Assembly (NCBI GenBank): GCA_964505815.1
Contig: CAZDKA010000002.1
Location: 1-45,591 of the forward strand
Length of the DNA stretch: 45,591 nt
Reading direction: 5' to 3'
Source: an uncultured Candidatus Saccharibacteria bacterium
Lineage (GTDB): Bacteria > Patescibacteriota > Minisyncoccia > Sungbacterales > SURF-37
Below the pieces are notes generated by a model, which did no database searches, had not been told where the DNA came from, and was given only the letters and a program-made list of their open reading frames with translations. This document shows, piece after piece, positions 32,804-42,234 of this stretch. Each line of letters opens with the position of its first letter. The stretch's first letter is position 1. A program made the translations under genes and the position numbers.

Positions 32804-34072
32804 TTATATTTTTAATAATCCCTCAATCTCCTCGCGATCGCACTTAGGACCGAGCAGGGCCAGATTCAAACCGTCCTCTTTCATAATATCACGAGCAGCG
32901 GCCTGAATCTCGGCAGGGGTTACCGCGTCCAGTTTAGCAAATACCTCTTCGGGCGTCTGGGCCTTGCCGGTCAGAATTTCTTCGCCGCCGATAAAAGTGG
33001 CGAGTGTGGATGAGGACTCCAGCGCAATGAGCGTAGTTCCTTTAATGAAGTCGCGCGCCTTCTGCAGTTCCTTCTGCGAAACTGCCGTATCGCGAATCTT
33101 GGCGTACTCTTTTAGAATCGCGGCAATGGCTTTGTCCAGTTTCTCGTGGGGCACACCTGCGTATGTCGCCAAATAGCCGTAGCGGCTGTATTCATCAAAA
33201 CTCGTTGAGATGTGATAGGCAAGCCCGAGCTCCTCGCGAATTTCCAAAAACATTCTGGAACTCATGCCGCTGCCGAGAACTGCAGAAAGAAGCGAGGCCG
33301 CCCAGATTCTCGGGTCGTTTTTGCCGAAAGCGCGGAGACCCAGGATTAGATGCGTCTGGTCGGTGGAGCGCTCCTCGCAGATAAGTGCCGCCCCCTCCTG
33401 TTCTTCCACGACCTTGGGCTGAGACCTAGGCTTACCATCGCGGAGCGAAGCAAATGTTTCTTTTATTTTTTCAACAACTGCCTTTTCGTCTTTTATGTTT
33501 CCGGCGACGATGACCGCCGTATTTTCGGCAACGTACTGGGAATTAAAATAATCAACGAAATCGTCGCGCTTGAGCGCTCGGATGATATGTTCCTCGCCAA
33601 GCGTTTCCCAGCCAGCCGGCTGGTCGCCGTAGAGAAGCCGTTCCCAAAGATAGCTAACTCGGGAAGGGGGATCGTCATGACGCATGTGCATCTCTTCAAT
33701 AATTACGCCGCGCTCTCTTTCAATCTCGTTTTCGGGCAGGGTGGAGTTCAAAAAAATATCGGTGACCGCATCAAAGGCCTTATCAAAATACTGATAGCCG
33801 ACTTTGACAAAGTAACCTGTGTATTCATTGGAAGTGAAGGCGTTATATACGGCGCCGAGACCGTCAAGCTCGGTTGAAATCTCAACTTTTGACGGGCGTT
33901 TCACCGTTCCTTTGAAAAACATGTGCTCCAAAAAATGCGAGATGCCGTTAATCTCTCTGGTTTCGTGGTTTGAGCCGGTTCCGACAAAAATCAAAACGGT
34001 CACGGTGTTGGTCATGGGCATGGCGGCAGTAAGGACGCGTAGGCCGCTTGGAAGAATTGTTTTTTTGAACAT
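32804..34072 (-). CDS. M16-family zinc peptidase (insulinase/pitrilysin-like)
   Basis: Inverted zinc motif HFLEH in GISHFLEHMFFKGT, two-domain length. Confidence 0.85.
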   Translation of the reverse strand: MFKKTILPSGLRVLTAAMPMTNTVTVLIFVGTGSNHETREINGISHFLEHMFFKGTVKRPSKVEISTELDGLGAVYNAFTSNEYTGYFVKVGYQYFDKAFDAVTDIFLNSTLPENEIERERGVIIEEMHMRHDDPPSRVSYLWERLLYGDQPAGWETLGEEHIIRALKRDDFVDYFNSQYVAENTAVIVAGNIKDEKAVVEKIKETFASLRDGKPRSQPKVVEEQEGAALICEERSTDQTHLILGLRAFGKNDPRIWAASLLSAVLGSGMSSRMFLEIREELGLAYHISTSFDEYSRYGYLATYAGVPHEKLDKAIAAILKEYAKIRDTAVSQKELQKARDFIKGTTLIALESSSTLATFIGGEEILTGKAQTPEEVFAKLDAVTPAEIQAAARDIMKEDGLNLALLGPKCDREEIEGLLKI

Positions 34073-34076
34073 GAAT

Positions 34077-34550
34077 TTAAAGGAAAAACTCCTCTACAAC
34101 GGCTGTTTCGCCGTCGGGATAAAATTTCTTGATCTCTTTTGTTATGCGGAACCCAAATTTTTTAACGAGTAAAGAAATAATCGGCTTATTGCTTGTGCGG
34201 GAGGTGGCGTTTATGGATTTAAAATTGCCGAGCCGGGCATACGACATAACCCAGGAAACTAACAACTCACCAAGTCCATTTCTGCGAAAACCGGGGATAA
34301 TTCCGATACTCGTCAGGTGGAGCGCTCCAGGCCGTCGGGCATGCGTATAGGTTTTATAATTATAAAGTCCGGTGTGAGGCTGGACCGAAACGTAACCGAT
34401 TGATTTTTTATTCACAAAAAGGATAAAATTCTGATATTTTTTCCAGCTTTCTTTATAGATCTGGTCTGATAAGTCGGGAAAACTAAGCTTGTCGAGCCGG
34501 TCCAAAATTTTTATGTCCCGCGGTACAACGGCCTTTTTAATCTCAATCAT
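34077..34550 (-). CDS. GNAT-family N-acetyltransferase
   Basis: Acetyl-CoA motif FRRNGLGELLVSWV. ATGA-type overlap with the glyQS stop. Confidence 0.75.
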   Translation of the reverse strand: MIEIKKAVVPRDIKILDRLDKLSFPDLSDQIYKESWKKYQNFILFVNKKSIGYVSVQPHTGLYNYKTYTHARRPGALHLTSIGIIPGFRRNGLGELLVSWVMSYARLGNFKSINATSRTSNKPIISLLVKKFGFRITKEIKKFYPDGETAVVEEFFL

Positions 34551-35863
34551 ATCTTTTTCTTAAAATATGCTGTCAATCCTTCAACATCAACTCTCTCCTG
34601 CTTCATTGTGTCCCGATCTCTTACGGTCACCATATCATCCTCCAGCGTTTGGAAGTCCACGGTCACACACCACGGCGTCCCGATTTCATCTTGAGCATAA
34701 TATCTTTTCCCTATATTACCCCGTTCGTCCCAAGCCGCAATAAAATTGCGCTTTAAATTATAAAATATACTCTTTGCTTTGTCAACAAGCTGCGGCTTGT
34801 TGGCCAATAACGGGAAGACAGCAACGGTAACCGGCGCAAGACGCGGCGGAAACTTAAGCAAAGCCCGATCCTTTTCTTCGGCATAATGGGCAGCGAGTAG
34901 CGCGAGGGCCGTCCGTTCCACCCCGAATGTCGGCTCAATCACATGCGGCACGATTTTCTCTTTTTTTTCCTCGTCGTAATAAACAAGCTCTGTTCCGGAC
35001 GCTTTGGCGTGCCCGGTGAGGTCAAAATCGGTGCGATAGGCAAGGCCGTAAAGCTCCTCGCGGCCGAATGGAAAATCAAAATCAATATCCACGGTTCGCT
35101 TTGAATAGTGAGCTCGCTCCTCGGTCAGCACCTCACGCTCCACAACTCTCTTGTGAATGCCCAAAAATTCAAGCCACCTGCGCATCTCGCCGAGCCAATA
35201 CTCAAAACTCGCCTGCCATTCTTTCTCGTGGATAAAATATTCAATCTCCATCTGCTCAAACTCTCTTATGCGGAAAACAAAATTGCCCGGAGTTATTTCA
35301 TTCCGAAAGGCCTTGCCGATCTGGGCAATGCCGAAAGGCAATTTCGGATGCATAGAGTCCAAAATATTTTTAAAATTCACGAACATACCTTGCGCTGTCT
35401 CCGGCCGAAGATAAGTTTCGGCCGCCGTATCTTCCACCGGCCCAACGTAGGTTTTAAACATCATGTTGAACGGCCGGGCCTCGGTAAAATCCTTCTTGCC
35501 GCAGTTCGGACAGCCTTTTTTGAGATCAATCTTATCGGCGCGAAAACGGCTTTTGCATGACTTGCAATCCACCATAGGGTCAACGAAATTTTTGACATGG
35601 CCCGAGGCCTCCCAAACTTTGGCGTTCATTAAAATCGCGGAATCAACCCCGTACATGTCTTCTCGCTCGCCTACGAACATCCGCCACCATTCGCGCTTGA
35701 TGTTGTTTTTGAGCTCTGTGCCGAGCGGCCCCCAGTCCCACGTGCCGCCAAGGCCGCCGTAAATTTCTGAACCGGGAAAAATAAAACCCCGCCTTTTCGC
35801 TAAGGAAACAACTTTATCCATTACTCCGTTTTCGGTTACTTCTTTTTTCTTCATAAATTTCAT
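34547..35863 (-). CDS. glyQS: Glycyl-tRNA synthetase (dimeric GlyQS type)
   Basis: RRGFIFPGSEIYGGLGGTWDWGPLG, CKSCKSRFRAD, FRNEITPGNFVFRIREFEQMEIE. Confidence 0.95.
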   Translation of the reverse strand: MKFMKKKEVTENGVMDKVVSLAKRRGFIFPGSEIYGGLGGTWDWGPLGTELKNNIKREWWRMFVGEREDMYGVDSAILMNAKVWEASGHVKNFVDPMVDCKSCKSRFRADKIDLKKGCPNCGKKDFTEARPFNMMFKTYVGPVEDTAAETYLRPETAQGMFVNFKNILDSMHPKLPFGIAQIGKAFRNEITPGNFVFRIREFEQMEIEYFIHEKEWQASFEYWLGEMRRWLEFLGIHKRVVEREVLTEERAHYSKRTVDIDFDFPFGREELYGLAYRTDFDLTGHAKASGTELVYYDEEKKEKIVPHVIEPTFGVERTALALLAAHYAEEKDRALLKFPPRLAPVTVAVFPLLANKPQLVDKAKSIFYNLKRNFIAAWDERGNIGKRYYAQDEIGTPWCVTVDFQTLEDDMVTVRDRDTMKQERVDVEGLTAYFKKKI

Positions 35864-36081
35864 TTCACCATCTAAACTCTGCGGGCGAGGCGAGCCATTT
35901 TTTCTTCCTCGGGCTGGGTCGCAAAGCGTTTAAATAGCTTTGCGACGGGCGGAGCCGAGCTAAGCTCGGCGGAGCCCAGGAATTTGCCGAGGGGGCAAAT
36001 TTGGGGATCCCTGGGCGTGAAAATCGTGAAGCGATTTTCTAGAAAAAGGAGGCGGGAAGAAAAAATGGCAAGCCGAACCCG

Positions 36082-37983
36082 CTATCGCACCACTTTCCAG
36101 TGCTCAATGTTCTGCACTTTGTCTGTCGGAAGCTCTGTGGTCATATTCTTGGCCTCGGCCCGGAGCTGTTCCTTGGTAAAGTCATCAACGGCCTCTGCGG
36201 TAACATTAGTAACGAGCACAGGAGAAGTTCCAATCTGATCCTCGCCCGGGATAAGTGAAACCTGAAAAACAAGGGTTGATTGCGGTTTTAACACTCCTGT
36301 GCCGGCTGATAACCGCGGGATGCTCCAGACAACCTCGCTTGCCGCACTATTGAAAATAATACTGCCGGGCACATCCCCAACCGAACCGATCCATTTTACA
36401 TTGGCCGGCAGGCCGCCGCGAACCGTCACGCCAACCGCGTCATTGGATTGATTAGCAAGCTGCCAGAAAATAGTATAAGTAGTGACCTCGCGCACCTTAG
36501 GCGGTATGGACCCTCTGTTCTCTACAGGAGAATCCAAGTATGTCACCCGAGTATTCAGCGTCAAACGAGTACTAATCTTGAATTCAATGCTGTCCTCATA
36601 GCGAAGCTTCACTCCGCGGAATTCCTCAGGAGCGCTCTTGGTGTCAATGGCCGTCTTGGCGCTAAACACAAAGTTTTTGTCGGAAAAATTTTTCAACGGA
36701 GGCGAAGGACGCAGACTCACCGAAAAACTGACCATCCCCTCCTCTCCGGGTGATAATTCTCTGAGTTCAGGAAGTGTCGCGCCCGTCCAGCGAATCTCAT
36801 GGGCTGATGGGTTATACGCTCCTTTGTCCACTCTAAGCGTGGCGAGGTTCAAAACATCCTCGGAAAGGCGAGTGGTTATAAAAGCATCGCTGATTTTTTT
36901 TGTAAGATTATTCTTATAAAAAATCTCAAAGCGCAGCGCCTCCGCAGGCGCGAGCGTGCCTTCTCTCTTATTATTCATGTCCTGGCGAACAAAGAGGAAT
37001 GGGGAGGCAACGCGTGGCCCTTTGGCCTCTTCCAAAAACACCAACCACTCTTTGGTTGCCGGCGCGTACCGGCCGACCACGGCGTTAAACGATTTCGTTT
37101 CCTGCGGCTGACCTTTAAGCGTTCCACGTATTGTGATGCTCCGCTCCTCGCCCCGGGCCACTGCCCCGAGCGACCAGATATTATTTTCAAAATTGGGTGC
37201 CGGATCGGCAGAAATAAACGTAAACCCTTGGGGATAGTCAACGCGGAACGCCAAATTGTCAATCGTAGATTTGGCCTCGGAAAGAACGCGTAAGTTCACT
37301 TCAAGACGCTGGTCCTGCGAAACCTCTTCAGGAGTACCAAAAGAAATAATAAATGGAGCGCGGGTAATTTTTGGAACGAAACTTGCTTTTTTAGTCAGAC
37401 GGCTTTGAATATTTTCCGGGCGATATACCGCAAGAACCGAAATAGGAACTTCGTCCCCTGTTTTGCCGAGGAACCGTACGGCAATGTCGTACTTCACCTC
37501 CTCGCCGGGAGAGATTTTTTCAAAAATAACTTTCTCGCGAGTGGCCTCTTTCGACTCTCCGGTGATCGTAAGCGGAATCGAGTTCTCGGGGTAAGTGATG
37601 TTCAGCTCCAGGGTTGCTACGCCTACCCGGCCTATATTCCTGACGAAAATCGCAAAATCCGAGCGCTCTCCGAGTTCAACCCCGTCAGGCCCGACGATAG
37701 TCACGTTTATTTCTTCTCTTACAAAGAAAATTTCGTAACTGACATACAGGGTGAGGCCGATAAGCACTACGAATGAAAAAATAAAAAGATTCACGAGCCA
37801 GCGGCTCCTTTTCCTGATGGGGCGTTTTTTCAGAACCTCAAGGCCGTCCCCACCCCAGAATGTCTTTGTTTCCTCACGCGCCCTCCTGCCGTATCCTCTT
37901 AACGCTTGTCTCTCTCCCCGTTTTTCTTCTTCTGCTTCCTCGCGGCCGTAGAGCTTCTTCTTCAGTTCTTCAAGATCTGCCAT
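36082..37983 (-). CDS. Large membrane-anchored protein with repeated beta-rich domains, unknown function
   Basis: Charged N-terminus MADLEELKKKLYGREE, one TM helix (WLVNLFIFSFVVLIGLTLYV), then ~540 aa of beta-type sequence. Confidence 0.55.
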   Translation of the reverse strand: MADLEELKKKLYGREEAEEEKRGERQALRGYGRRAREETKTFWGGDGLEVLKKRPIRKRSRWLVNLFIFSFVVLIGLTLYVSYEIFFVREEINVTIVGPDGVELGERSDFAIFVRNIGRVGVATLELNITYPENSIPLTITGESKEATREKVIFEKISPGEEVKYDIAVRFLGKTGDEVPISVLAVYRPENIQSRLTKKASFVPKITRAPFIISFGTPEEVSQDQRLEVNLRVLSEAKSTIDNLAFRVDYPQGFTFISADPAPNFENNIWSLGAVARGEERSITIRGTLKGQPQETKSFNAVVGRYAPATKEWLVFLEEAKGPRVASPFLFVRQDMNNKREGTLAPAEALRFEIFYKNNLTKKISDAFITTRLSEDVLNLATLRVDKGAYNPSAHEIRWTGATLPELRELSPGEEGMVSFSVSLRPSPPLKNFSDKNFVFSAKTAIDTKSAPEEFRGVKLRYEDSIEFKISTRLTLNTRVTYLDSPVENRGSIPPKVREVTTYTIFWQLANQSNDAVGVTVRGGLPANVKWIGSVGDVPGSIIFNSAASEVVWSIPRLSAGTGVLKPQSTLVFQVSLIPGEDQIGTSPVLVTNVTAEAVDDFTKEQLRAEAKNMTTELPTDKVQNIEHWKVVR

Positions 37984-38008
37984 GTATTCAGTATATCAGA
38001 TGCACAGG

Positions 38009-38593
38009 TTAAGCGAGATGCTCGGCAAAAAGACGCGATGTAACCTCATCAAGCCGTCTTACCTCGGAGGCCTCCCCGACGGTTGCAAATTCGGCGCATG
38101 GCAGGAGAAGGCATCTTGATGTTGGCTCGGAAAAAAGACCGAGTTCGTCAAGGAAGCGAGCGCGGAACCAAACGAGCCCTGCTTTCTGCTCCTCGGAGCC
38201 AAGTGTCGGGCCATTAAGCAGGTCCAGCATTTCTAAAGCTACAGCAAAAAAATTTCCGTTTTCTTCACGGCGATCCTCAAAAAGCGCGCTGCCTACGGCC
38301 CCAAATATTTCAGAAGCGGCCCTTAGTCGGAACGGATCGCTCTTGATTGCCGGGAAAAAATTAAGAAGCTCCGCGCCGACCAGACGGTAATTATTCCTTC
38401 CGGCAACAAATGAAAGCCGCGAAAGGGAAAGCGGTTCAAGATGACCCTTGAGTTTTGCTTCAACTTTGCGCGCTCCTTGGGCAATGAGCCGAATATTCAC
38501 AAATCGGTCGGTCAGCGCAGTAATCAAAAGATCGGCCTCGCCGAGTTCTTCTTTCCTGAGAATGATTGCGTCAGTTACGTGCATAGTGTTCAC
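38009..38593 (-). CDS. recO: DNA repair protein RecO (short form)
   Basis: AIILRKEELGEADLLITALT ... EPLSLSRLSFVAGRNNYRLVGAE matches the RecO OB-fold N-terminus. ATGA-type overlap with the ileS stop. Confidence 0.7.
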   Translation of the reverse strand: MNTMHVTDAIILRKEELGEADLLITALTDRFVNIRLIAQGARKVEAKLKGHLEPLSLSRLSFVAGRNNYRLVGAELLNFFPAIKSDPFRLRAASEIFGAVGSALFEDRREENGNFFAVALEMLDLLNGPTLGSEEQKAGLVWFRARFLDELGLFSEPTSRCLLLPCAEFATVGEASEVRRLDEVTSRLFAEHLA

Positions 38594-41500
38594 GCTCTAT
38601 CAATCCCTACCCAAAGCTCGTGGCCGTCAATAGAGAGCTCGCGCTCAACCGCAAACACTTTCTTGCCGCCGAGCGTAAAAATTTTGGCGCCGGTTTCTTT
38701 TTCAACAAATTTCTTAGAGCGCTCCAGCATCTTAAGCATCTCCGCGTCTCCCGCGGCCTGTAGTTTTATAGGGTGCTCTGGCCGAAGGCCCAGGTCTTTT
38801 CTCATCTCCTGGACATTCCGCACAAACTCTCTAAGCCATCCCTCTTCACGGAGTTCCGGGGTAATTTCGGTATCAAGCTCAACCTCGCCGGCTATTGTTT
38901 CGTCTCTTACGATTTCTTTCACGTTCACCTCGTCTCTAACTACATCCAACAACTCCTTGCTCAACGTTACACTCTTCACCTTAGCCGTCCTTAAGGGTTG
39001 ACGAACTTTTATTCCGTGCTTTGCGCGCTCGGCAAGGATGAGTGCTACAAGGGCGCGGGCTTCGTGCATCTCGTAGAATTCAAACTCTACCGCTTTGACT
39101 TGCGGCCACGGCCGGAGGTGCACACTATTTTCTTTCAGTCCAAATTTCGGTTTTAGTTCCTGATAAATAATCTCAGCAAGAAAAGGAGTAAAGGGCGCTA
39201 CAAGCTCCGCGAGACGAAGAAGAGCCCAACCGGTTATCGCCGCCGCTTCATCCTTGTCGGCCTTTGATGCTGGTTTCTGGAAGCGGCGGCGTGACCTACG
39301 CAAATACCAATTCGAGAAATCGTCTAGAAGGAACCCTTCCAAATGCCGGGCGGCACCAACAACGTCGTAGGCATCAAGAAGCTTTCCAACAAGATTGCTG
39401 TAATATTCAAGTCGCCCGACCAGCCAACGGTCAAGAACAGTCGTTGCTCTGTGCCGCTGAATTTTCTTTCTTGGCACCTTGTCCACGTATGTATCAAAAA
39501 GCACGAAGCTGTTCCAAAGTGTTGCCAGCGGCCCGCGCAGTTTATTCAAAAGGTCTTTCTCATCAAAACGCTTTGGCTCGCCCGGGGGATTCGCGGTGAA
39601 GAAATACCAGCGGATGGTGTCAGCGCCGTATTTCTTCATCATCTCCCACGGATCCACCACGTTGCCTTTGGACTTAGACATCTTCTGACCGTTTTTATCA
39701 AGAACATGCCCCAGGGAAATTACATGGCGAAAGGGCGCCCCTTTTTCAAGAAGAGTCGCGACGGCCAAAAGGGTATAAAACCAGCCGCGCGTCTGATCAA
39801 CGCCTTCGGCGATAAAGTCGGCCGGATACAATAATTTTTCTTTTTGATTTTTGATTTTTGATTTTTGATTTTGAGCCCAAGCGAATGGGTAATGAGCTTG
39901 GGCGAACGGCATCGCCCCCGAGTCAAACCAAACGTCTGCCACATCTTTAACCCTCTCCATCTTGCCGCCGCAGGCCTGCCCGCCGGAAAGGCCTGACTTA
40001 CAGATAAGCCGCACCTCGTCAATAAATGGCCGGTGCAGATTCACTTCGCCCGAGTTGTCGCGAGGCAAATTTAAAAATTTGATGGGCTGAACTCCGGCAA
40101 GGCCTATGTAATCCTCTTTTCTGCCGCGTAATTTTATGATGCCGTCGCGGTCGAGGCCTCGGGATGCGCCGTCCAAAATCCAAATCGGATACTCATGGCT
40201 TATGATAAGAATTTTTTTGTTGCGGTATTTCCGGTCAATGTCCTGCATGAAACCCATCAGGCGGGCTCTCAAGTCAGAAAGCGACTCTCCTTCCGGCGGG
40301 GCTTTCGCAAAATACTCCTCGGCCGAGGAATAAAAGCCGTTATACTCTTTTGTCGGCCGGCCGTTGAATATGCCTACATTAATTTCCCGAACCCTTGTGT
40401 CTTTCAAAACCTCTTTAACGCCCAAAACCTCGGCGACAATTCGTGCGGCCTCTGTGGTACGGAGAACATCGGAGTGAATGATGATATCAATATTTTCTTT
40501 TTTTAATTTTTCCGCGGCCAATCTGATCTGCTCTTTGCCTAGATCGGTCATGTGGTATTTTGAGTTCGAGTCCGCGACAATACCCAAGAGCTGGGTTTCT
40601 GACTCGCCGTGGCGCAGAGCAAAATAAGTGTTGCCGGAACTTTTTGCTCTTCCGGCAAGTTCCTCAAGCGAGCTCAACGCTTCAACTGCTTTACACTTAG
40701 TGCATTCCCATATGGGCAAAGGCGTTCCCCAGTAGCGCTCTCTGGAAAAAGCCCAGTCGCGAAGTTCCGAGAGAAATTCGCCGAAGCGTCCGTCTTTTAT
40801 ATGCTCCGGAACCCAGTCGATGGTCTGGTTATTTTTAATCAGTTCCTGTTTAATTTTCGTCATCCGCACCCACCATGAATTTCTCGCGTAATAAAGAAGC
40901 GGCGTTCCGCATCGCCAGCAATGGGGATATTCGTGTTCATACGGCAAAATAGCAAAGAGCAGTTTTCTTTTTTTTAGGTCTTCCACAATGACCTTGTCGG
41001 CCTCCTTAACGAACTTTCCCTCGCCTATAACTCCTTTTTTCATCCTGCCGTCAGGATCAACCGTCTCCAGTATCGGATAGTCGCCCGAGTATTCTTTTTT
41101 CATCGCCGCCATATCCTCTTCCCCGTATGCCGGAGCAAGATGCACGAAACCCGACCCTTCTTCGGTAGAAACAAAATCCGCTCCGTAAACGCGGTAAGGG
41201 GGCGCTACTGTTCCGTAGTCGGAAGCCGGGGCATAGAGCGGCTCGTATGAGAGGCCGACTAGCGCCTTGCCGGAAACTTTCTCGGTAATTTCCGGAGAGG
41301 CCCCTTTGGCATCATAGGGCGGAACATTTGCCGACCATACAAACTCGTTGCCGATTTTAAACTTGGTGTATTCCGTTGTCGGGTTAACGGCAACGGCGAC
41401 GTTGGCCGGAAGAGTCCAAGGCGTCGTGGTCCAGACCAGCAGCGATTCGTTTTTTCTGTCTTTGATTTTTAAGCGGACGAAAACTGAATCCTCCTTTACT

Positions 41501-42102
41501 TTTATATACGCTCCGGGCTGGCCAAGTTCGTGCGAAGAAAGGCCGGTCTGGCACCTGGGGCACCACGGAATGATTTTAAAATCCTTATAAAGGAGACCTT
41601 TCTTCCAAATTTCTTTAATAATCCACCAGAGAGTTTCGATATAACTCGTCTCATAGGTAATATATGGATGCTCTAGATCAAGCCAAAAACCGATTCGCTT
41701 GGTCAAGCGCTCCCACTCTTCTTTAAAACGCCATACCGACTCGCGGCACTTCTCGTTGAACTCAGCAATACCGTAATGTTCAATGTCTTTTTTTGTCTTT
41801 AGGCCGAGTTCCTTTTCAACTTGAAGTTCCACCGGCAGACCATGCGTGTCCCAGCCGGCTTTTCTCAAAACCTGAAAACCGCGCATGGTCTTGTAGCGCG
41901 GAATTATGTCCTTGAAAGCTCGCGACTCAACATGGTGAATGCCAGGCGCGGCGTTAGCCGTCGGCGGCCCCTCATAAAAAATAAACGGCTTGCCCCGCTT
42001 GGTTTTTTGCAGGCTCTTCTCGAAAATCCTCTCCCGCTCCCAGAATTCAAGAATTTTTTGCTCTCTTCCAGGGAGATTGAATACCTGTTTCTTTTGCATC
42101 AT
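38590..42102 (-). CDS. ileS: Isoleucyl-tRNA synthetase (1170 aa) carrying an inserted domain
   Basis: PPTANAAPGIHHV (HIGH), WTTTPWTLPAN, CWRCGTP, KMSKSKGNVV, DQTRGWFYT. Confidence 0.95.
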   Translation of the reverse strand: MMQKKQVFNLPGREQKILEFWERERIFEKSLQKTKRGKPFIFYEGPPTANAAPGIHHVESRAFKDIIPRYKTMRGFQVLRKAGWDTHGLPVELQVEKELGLKTKKDIEHYGIAEFNEKCRESVWRFKEEWERLTKRIGFWLDLEHPYITYETSYIETLWWIIKEIWKKGLLYKDFKIIPWCPRCQTGLSSHELGQPGAYIKVKEDSVFVRLKIKDRKNESLLVWTTTPWTLPANVAVAVNPTTEYTKFKIGNEFVWSANVPPYDAKGASPEITEKVSGKALVGLSYEPLYAPASDYGTVAPPYRVYGADFVSTEEGSGFVHLAPAYGEEDMAAMKKEYSGDYPILETVDPDGRMKKGVIGEGKFVKEADKVIVEDLKKRKLLFAILPYEHEYPHCWRCGTPLLYYARNSWWVRMTKIKQELIKNNQTIDWVPEHIKDGRFGEFLSELRDWAFSRERYWGTPLPIWECTKCKAVEALSSLEELAGRAKSSGNTYFALRHGESETQLLGIVADSNSKYHMTDLGKEQIRLAAEKLKKENIDIIIHSDVLRTTEAARIVAEVLGVKEVLKDTRVREINVGIFNGRPTKEYNGFYSSAEEYFAKAPPEGESLSDLRARLMGFMQDIDRKYRNKKILIISHEYPIWILDGASRGLDRDGIIKLRGRKEDYIGLAGVQPIKFLNLPRDNSGEVNLHRPFIDEVRLICKSGLSGGQACGGKMERVKDVADVWFDSGAMPFAQAHYPFAWAQNQKSKIKNQKEKLLYPADFIAEGVDQTRGWFYTLLAVATLLEKGAPFRHVISLGHVLDKNGQKMSKSKGNVVDPWEMMKKYGADTIRWYFFTANPPGEPKRFDEKDLLNKLRGPLATLWNSFVLFDTYVDKVPRKKIQRHRATTVLDRWLVGRLEYYSNLVGKLLDAYDVVGAARHLEGFLLDDFSNWYLRRSRRRFQKPASKADKDEAAAITGWALLRLAELVAPFTPFLAEIIYQELKPKFGLKENSVHLRPWPQVKAVEFEFYEMHEARALVALILAERAKHGIKVRQPLRTAKVKSVTLSKELLDVVRDEVNVKEIVRDETIAGEVELDTEITPELREEGWLREFVRNVQEMRKDLGLRPEHPIKLQAAGDAEMLKMLERSKKFVEKETGAKIFTLGGKKVFAVERELSIDGHELWVGIDRA
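40063..40638 (-). other. Histidine-phosphatase (phosphoglycerate-mutase-like) domain inserted inside ileS
   Basis: Residues ~489-680: YFALRHGESETQ (RHG motif), HSDVLRTTEAA, ILIISHEYPI (second His). They lie between WECTKCKAVE and NLHRPFIDEV. Confidence 0.7.
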
Positions 42103-42182
42103 CTGTATTCTACGATGTTTTAGTGTTAAATCAAAGAAAGACGAATTTACATATCCCGCCCCATCCTATCCATCCCTACTGC

Positions 42183-42210
42183 AAAAACTTACGCGATCGC
42201 GTAAGTTTTT
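42183..42210. repeat. Palindrome family B, copy 2 (28-bp perfect palindrome)
   Basis: AAAAACTTACGCGA|TCGCGTAAGTTTTT, 24 nt past the stop of 42235..42963. Confidence 0.9.
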
Positions 42211-42234
42211 ACAGATACCAAATTGTAATTGTAA

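Noticed and set aside
42162-42173. TATCCCGCCCCA shared between the ileS upstream region and the left arm of family D copy 1
   Set aside because: It is only a 12-nt match with no partner arm or core nearby. It may be a decayed arm but cannot be supported from this window.
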